From NCBI GenBank assembly GCA_027491415.1, contig JAOZFH010000048.1:1-42801 (forward strand): a DNA stretch of 42,801 nucleotides, given 5' to 3'. Position 1 is the stretch's first letter, and every line of letters starts with the position of its first letter. The notes under the pieces were generated by a model. It searched no databases, was not told the DNA's origin, and saw nothing but the letters and a program-made list of their open reading frames with translations. Of the stretch, positions 37,940 to 42,801 are shown in pieces. This DNA is from Thermoproteota archaeon. Lineage in GTDB: Archaea > Korarchaeota > Korarchaeia > Korarchaeales > Korarchaeaceae. The translations under genes and the position numbers were made by a program.

Positions 37940-38863
37940 CTAGAAGGCGACCTGAGCCTCGGCGGGCCTCCTGGCCATGTATAGCAGGGTCAGCAGAACG
38001 CTGAAGAACCCACCAACGGCCGCCGACAGTATGAAGCCGATGTAGGGGATGATGCTGACTATCGCCTCGGCGATGAAGGCCACCACCACGACTACGAGGA
38101 CCTCGATGAAGTTCTCCTTGACGACGTTGTAGCTGGCCTTCAGGGCGTCGACTGGCCCGTAGTCGTCGATGACGACGGCCTGCAGGGTCAGCGCCAGGAG
38201 GATGGCCGCCACCAACCCTGGAAGGACGCACAGCATAATGCCGATGCCTATTATGATGCCCACCAGTATCGAGGCGATGATGATCGGCACGGCCTTGGAC
38301 ATGGCCTCGTTGAACGAGCTGCCCAGGTCGACGGTCCTACCCTTGACTCCCTGTTCAACCATCGCGATGAGCCACCCGTTGAAGATCTGCTGGATTATCA
38401 TCACGAATATCATGCCGATCATGGTCAGGCCCAGGAACCCGTACATGGAGGCGGGCATCTCAGGAGTGTAGCCGGGGCCTGGGGCCATTGGTCTTGGGGC
38501 GCCAAATCTTCCCAGCCCGCCAAGGCCCATCATTCCCATGGCGGAGATCCCGATGCCGGCCATGATTATGGCGCCCAGGATGCCGGCCAGGATCGGCGGC
38601 ACCAGCACCACAGGGTTGGCCTTGACGAAGTCCAGGGCCCTGTTGAAGAGGTCTCCAAGGCCCTCTCCTCTCACCCTGGGCGCGGCGGGAGCGGCAGGGG
38701 CGGCAGCCGGAGCCTCGACCTCAACCCACCCAGATCTGACCCTCTCGAGCTCGGCTTCGTACTTCGCCTTCAGCTCCCTGTAAGTCTCCTCGCTTATCCT
38801 GCCCTCCATGAGGGCCTCTTCGAGCTTCCTAATCTTCTCCCTAATGGCGTCTTCCGTGGACAT
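37940..38863 (-). CDS. Membrane protein with N-terminal SHOCT-like helical hairpin
   Basis: LEEALMEGRISEETYRELKAK, Ala/Pro linker, about 6 TM segments with GPVDALKASYNVVKEN. Confidence 0.78.
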   Translation of the reverse strand: MSTEDAIREKIRKLEEALMEGRISEETYRELKAKYEAELERVRSGWVEVEAPAAAPAAPAAPRVRGEGLGDLFNRALDFVKANPVVLVPPILAGILGAIIMAGIGISAMGMMGLGGLGRFGAPRPMAPGPGYTPEMPASMYGFLGLTMIGMIFVMIIQQIFNGWLIAMVEQGVKGRTVDLGSSFNEAMSKAVPIIIASILVGIIIGIGIMLCVLPGLVAAILLALTLQAVVIDDYGPVDALKASYNVVKENFIEVLVVVVVAFIAEAIVSIIPYIGFILSAAVGGFFSVLLTLLYMARRPAEAQVAF

Positions 38864-38967
38864 TATGAATCCCTCCAAGTCTTGACAGTATTAAAACTGA
38901 GGAGGGCTCCGCGCCCTCGGGCCCGCCGAGATTTATTTTCGGTCGGGGTGGATATTCCCGAACGCTC

Positions 38968-39363
38968 ATGCCGCTGGCTTATCACCTCTCATTCTTCGAC
39001 GAGCAGAACTACACGCTCCTCTCCCTGGTGATCGGGGTCGTGCTAGGTATACTTCCCGGGCTTGGCCCGGCCGGCCCACTGGCCAGCGGGTTCTTGTACG
39101 CCTACTTCACCTGGTGGTTCGGTCGAGCCCCGCGGGACCCGGTGGAGGGAGCCAAGAGGGGGGCCGTAATGGGCGCCGTGGTCGGCGCGACGGTCAGCCT
39201 CCTGTCGTTCCTCTTGGTCGGGTGGGGGTTGGCAGTCTACGCAGTTCACCCAGGACTCTGGTTCCTCTCCGGCCTCGCCCTGGTATTTGGGCTGATCTCT
39301 GGGGCCATTGTCGGGGCGATCCTCGGGGGCATGGGCGGATTTCTGGCGCCTTACATCGACTGA
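38968..39363 (+). CDS. Small Gly-rich membrane protein (DUF5518-like)
   Basis: Four hydrophobic helices, EGAKRGAVMG, GAILGGMGG. Confidence 0.65.
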   Translation: MPLAYHLSFFDEQNYTLLSLVIGVVLGILPGLGPAGPLASGFLYAYFTWWFGRAPRDPVEGAKRGAVMGAVVGATVSLLSFLLVGWGLAVYAVHPGLWFLSGLALVFGLISGAIVGAILGGMGGFLAPYID

Positions 39364-39411
39364 AGACTCAGAGGTAACGACCACTTATTAGTGCACAGGA
39401 GCCCGTGAATC

Positions 39412-39471
39412 GGGGGATGAGCCGAACTACCCGGGACTGAAGCGTGATGTGAGCTGCATCGTGGCGACCCC
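39412..39471 (+). ncRNA. Box C/D sRNA
   Basis: C GGGATGA 39414-20, D' CTGA 39437-40, C' GTGATGT 39444-50, degenerate D GCGA 39464-67, terminal GGGG/CCCC stem, TATA-like CTTATTA at 39384-90; guides complementary to conserved rRNA words. Confidence 0.68.
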
Positions 39472-39549
39472 ACTCGCACGAGTCCACGGGGCGGTCGAGG
39501 CAGGACGCCAGAGATTTATCCAACCCGCGCCAGGCCGCTCGGTGTCCGC

Positions 39550-40371
39550 ATGAACACGGAGGACATCATGGCGCTCGCCCTCAAGCTGGCCGGTTTCGAC
39601 GAGGTGCCCCCGGACTCTCAGATCTACGTCCCTAAGGAGGATGTGAAGAGGGTGCTGTTCGGCATAGACGTGGGGGTTCCAGGGCTCCTGCTGGCCAAGC
39701 AGCTCGGATGCGACCTAGCGATATCCCACCACCCAGAGGGAGGGAGCGCCGCGGTCAGGGGCCACGAGGTCTTCCTTAGGCACGTGGAGATCATGAAGGC
39801 CGCCGGCGTGCCAGAGGACGTGGCCAGGGAGGCCGTCAGGGAGAAGTTCGAGGCGCTCAGGCTCGTGGATCACAAGAGCAACTACGACCTGGCTCCATCC
39901 GTGGCCAGGCTCTTGGGGATTGGGTACATGAACATCCACTGTCCTTTGGACGAGGTAGGCCGGAGGATAATGCAGGAGGTCGTCGATGGGGTCATGGCCA
40001 CCGGAAGGCCCACTGTGCGCGACCTGATGGACGCCCTCTCCCAGCTAAGGGAGTTCGAGCTCGCCGAGACCCCCATATTCCTCGCGGTGGGGGACGAGAC
40101 GGCGAGGGTCGGGAAGGCGGTGGTGGCCCACGGCGCGTTCACGAACGGCGGCCACCGCGTGGCGAGGGCGTACTTCGAGCACGGCGTCGACACCGTGATC
40201 TACATCCACTTGGAGCCTGGCGACCTCAGGGCCCTAAGGGAGTCCGGCGTGAGAGGGAACCTGATAGTCACAGGTCACATAGCCTCCGACTCGGTGGGGA
40301 TAAACCCCCTCATAGACGAGCTGGAGTCCAGGGGGATCGAGGTCATCACGTACGGCGGGATCGTCAGGTAG
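39550..40371 (+). CDS. NIF3-like dinuclear metal-binding protein
   Basis: VLFGIDV, ISHHP, NIHCPLD, VTGHIASDSVG. Confidence 0.78.
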   Translation: MNTEDIMALALKLAGFDEVPPDSQIYVPKEDVKRVLFGIDVGVPGLLLAKQLGCDLAISHHPEGGSAAVRGHEVFLRHVEIMKAAGVPEDVAREAVREKFEALRLVDHKSNYDLAPSVARLLGIGYMNIHCPLDEVGRRIMQEVVDGVMATGRPTVRDLMDALSQLREFELAETPIFLAVGDETARVGKAVVAHGAFTNGGHRVARAYFEHGVDTVIYIHLEPGDLRALRESGVRGNLIVTGHIASDSVGINPLIDELESRGIEVITYGGIVR

Positions 40372-40906
40372 GCTGCCAGCCGGGCCTGCCACGTCTGAGT
40401 TGGGAGAGGAGGGGAAGGGCACGGTCGAGGATCCGCTTCGTCAGGCCCCATATCACCCTCCCACGCCACGCGTAGGCCTCGACGGTCCTCCCCTTCACCT
40501 CAGCCATCCCCTTGGACTCGTTCAACTCTGCGAGGGGTACCCAGAATGCCTCCTCCACCTCCTCGCCGGGGACGACCTTCGGAACCTCAGGGGGCGTGAA
40601 GGCGAACGCCCACACCAGCATCTCGGGATCCGCGTGAGACCTGAAGGGGCCGAGAGTAATCACCGGTCTCAGCCCTGAGAGGTCAACTCCGGTCTCCTCT
40701 GCACACTCCCTGATGGCCGTGTCCAACAGACTTGGGTCAGAGCCCCTCTTTCTCCCTCCCGGAAGAGCCACGTCTCCAGACCAGGGATCGCCCCCCATCT
40801 TGGCCCTTCTGACGAGGAGGACGGACGGAGATCCGCGTACCTCGGCGATTACAATGGCCACCGCAGCCTCTTTAGGCATGCGCCGGAGGTAGGGGGGCCC
40901 ACTCAT
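40364..40906 (-). CDS. Nudix hydrolase, CoA pyrophosphatase type
   Basis: EAAV, PWSGDVALPGG, AIRECAEETG, IWGLT; start 40906 or 40879. Confidence 0.9.
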   Translation of the reverse strand: MSGPPYLRRMPKEAAVAIVIAEVRGSPSVLLVRRAKMGGDPWSGDVALPGGRKRGSDPSLLDTAIRECAEETGVDLSGLRPVITLGPFRSHADPEMLVWAFAFTPPEVPKVVPGEEVEEAFWVPLAELNESKGMAEVKGRTVEAYAWRGRVIWGLTKRILDRALPLLSQLRRGRPGWQPT

Positions 40907-41181
40907 TAGTCGATCGGATGGACGCCCCCAATCAGAGTTATTCCGGGCCTGCTCTCAGGACCCGACAGGCGGGGGCCTGAGTGAAGGGCAACTGCGGCGG
41001 CCAACGCTATCGCAGGCAACCGGTTGCCTTTACACCCACTTCAGGGGGCGGGTGCGTATCCAGCTGGAGGGTCTGGAGCGCTCAAGAGTTGAAGGAGCGC
41101 CTGCACTGCGAACGCTAAAGGAGATTCCCTAGACGCCCAGAGGATGGAACTCAAAAAACAGACCCACTCAGAGATTTCTTG

Positions 41182-41245
41182 GGGGCGATGCGACGAGGGA
41201 TCAACGGGATGAAGGGCGATGTCTTCGCCGAGTCACGACCGCCCC
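41182..41245 (+). ncRNA. Degenerate copy of the box C/D sRNA at 42201
   Basis: 41190-41244 aligns ungapped with 42207-42261 at 42/55 nt; boxes altered (GCGACGA, ATGA, GCGATGT, ACGA); GGGGCG/CGCCCC stem. Confidence 0.65.
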
Positions 41246-41332
41246 TCCTCTCGGATCCACTCACCGTCAGGTCGGAGTCGGCCGGAGGTTGTCGTTCCCA
41301 AAAGTTATAAATCAACACACCCGCGAGCGCGC

Positions 41333-41650
41333 GTGCCCCTGAGGCAGGTGGCCACCAGGGTCGAAGAGGACACCCTGAAGGATCTGGAGGAGATGGAGAG
41401 GGAGGAGAAGCTCGACAGGGCAACGGCCCTTCGCAAGCTGATTTCGATGGGCCTGAGGCAGTGGAAGCTTCAGAGGGCCATTAGACTCTACTCGGATGGG
41501 AGGGTCTCTGCTTGGAAGGCCGCGGAGATGGCCAATCTGACCCTCTACGAGTTCCTAGACGAGCTGAGGGTGAGGCGGATCCCCGCCCAATACACCTTGG
41601 AGGACTTGGAGGAGGATCTCGGGTGGCGGTCTCAAACTCGACCCCGCTGA
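41333..41650 (+). CDS. UPF0175-family antitoxin (RHH plus HTH)
   Basis: VATRV...LDRATALRKLI...YSDGRVSAWKAAEMANLTLYEFLDEL; AAAGTTATAAA promoter at 41301-41311. Confidence 0.85.
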   Translation: MPLRQVATRVEEDTLKDLEEMEREEKLDRATALRKLISMGLRQWKLQRAIRLYSDGRVSAWKAAEMANLTLYEFLDELRVRRIPAQYTLEDLEEDLGWRSQTRPR

Positions 41651-42144
41651 TATACCTGGTCAGGCTCGGGAAGCTCGACCTCGCGGTGAGGTTGTTCGGC
41701 CGGATTCTGATTCCGGAGGCCGTGTACCGCGAGGTGGTGGTGAGGGGCGAAGAGACAGGCCATCCGGAGGCTCAAGCCGTAAGAGCGCTGATCGAGGCTG
41801 GCGGGGTGGCGGTCGAGCGAGCCGAACCGATCTCGGTTCCCTCCGCCGGAGAGAACATTCACCCGGGGGAGGCGGAGGCCATCTCTCTAGCGCTGGATAA
41901 GGGGCTTCCGCTCCTAGCGGACGACAGACCGGCATACCTCGTGGCCAGGGCGGTGGGAGTTAGGGTCGTGCGGACGGTGAGGCTCCTGCTTGATCTGCTG
42001 GAAGCTGGCCTAATCGACCTCTCCCAGTTTAGGACAAACCTCGGGAACCTTAGCCGAGCGGGTTTCTGGCTCACGGCCGACGTTTACGATCGAGCGCTCA
42101 GGGAGGCCGAGCGGATCAGCCGGGGGACTGGCGGGGGAGGTTAG
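41623..42144 (+). CDS. PIN-domain toxin (DUF3368 type)
   Basis: VSNSTPLIYL, IPEAVYREV, GEAEAISLA, LLADD, GFWL. Confidence 0.88.
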   Translation: MAVSNSTPLIYLVRLGKLDLAVRLFGRILIPEAVYREVVVRGEETGHPEAQAVRALIEAGGVAVERAEPISVPSAGENIHPGEAEAISLALDKGLPLLADDRPAYLVARAVGVRVVRTVRLLLDLLEAGLIDLSQFRTNLGNLSRAGFWLTADVYDRALREAERISRGTGGGG

Positions 42145-42200
42145 GGCCGAGGGGTACCCCCACAAGATAAGGAAAAATAGTCAGGCCACCATTTCAGCTG

Positions 42201-42260
42201 GGCGGGATGAGGAGGGATCAACCGGCTGATCTCTGATGACTTTGCCGAGTCCCGACCGCC
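42201..42260 (+). ncRNA. Box C/D sRNA with two 12-nt rRNA guides
   Basis: C ATGAGGA 42207-13, guide, D' CTGA 42226-29, C' CTGATGA 42233-39, guide, D CCGA 42252-55, GGCGG/CCGCC terminal stem. Confidence 0.88.
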
Positions 42261-42400
42261 CTCACAATATAAGGCCCTTTATAAGGGCTGGGTCCAGAGT
42301 GGACACGAATACCTTTCCCCTCGCGGGGAAGTATTCCGTCGGGGTCCATACCCATACCTCCGGGGTCCATACTCCCCACCTCACGCCTGGGGAGGCGGGG

Positions 42401-42664
42401 CTACTGGGGGGCCAGCGCCTCCCCGGGTATGGGGACCCCCTCACCTTTTCCCAGTCTCCTTCTGCGATAGTTTGCAATGATCTCCTCGCGCTCCTCGTCG
42501 GGGAGGAGGCGCCAGGCCTCTATGAGGAGTGAGATCACGTCGGACCAGAACGCAGTCTTGCCCACGGCCTCTGTTATCTCGCTCCTTATGCGGGAGAGGT
42601 CAATGAAGACATGTCTCTTGATGGAAATGCTCTCAAACTCCTTCTGCATGCTCCGAGTCCTCAT
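42401..42664 (-). CDS. Small putative DNA-binding protein (RHH/VapB-like)
   Basis: SISIKRHVFIDL...WSDVISLLIE strand-helix-helix pattern; TTTATATG about 35 nt upstream. Confidence 0.55.
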   Translation of the reverse strand: MRTRSMQKEFESISIKRHVFIDLSRIRSEITEAVGKTAFWSDVISLLIEAWRLLPDEEREEIIANYRRRRLGKGEGVPIPGEALAPQ

Positions 42665-42801
42665 GAGGGGGTCCCCGCGGAAATTTTAGGAATTTCATAT
42701 AAATGCTACGGCGTGCCAGCGCTCACTCGACCTATTCGCTCTTAGGTCGGAGGGAGTCTGAAGAGGCTTGGATTAAAATCAGAGCGATCCCAGCGGCGCA
42801 C

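Noticed and set aside
42262-42477. 71-aa minus-strand ORF with VWTP repeats
   Set aside because: It overlaps the 42401-42664 gene and simply translates an 11-bp DNA repeat; no other coding evidence

Overview
GC-rich archaeal chromosomal segment, probably from a thermophile of the Thermoproteota/TACK group. This is inferred from FEN1, CDC48, archaeal Hsp20, a SAMP/MoaD, a GHMP-type shikimate kinase, TATA-box promoters and box C/D sRNAs. Left part: asparaginase, deacetylase-like protein, GNAT, a heat-shock cluster (ArsR-type repressor, hsp20, cdc48), THUMP, a Trp-rich small protein with a NifB/NifX protein, MBL hydrolase, malic enzyme, RelE, FEN1, MoaD and tungsten AOR. Middle: a complete transketolase plus shikimate/chorismate operon whose first gene is a wHTH-transketolase fusion, then MNT-HEPN, a tungsten-oxidoreductase radical SAM maturase and argGH. 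About 29.7-37.5 kb is an accessory, partly lower-GC region holding two TauE/SafE paralogs, a Cys-cluster Lrp regulator, one intact and one degenerate lipoate-ligase-like gene, a Cys-rich DUF5714-like protein, RidA, an Fe-S-associated protein and a chimeric pseudogene. A repeated palindrome, GTTTC-N5-GAAAC, precedes four of these genes and points to an undescribed regulon; this is the best candidate for a new system. Right end: membrane proteins, NIF3-like and Nudix genes, box C/D sRNAs, and a PIN toxin-antitoxin pair flanked by an intact and a degenerate copy of the same sRNA. All family calls come from motif recognition by eye, not database searches.
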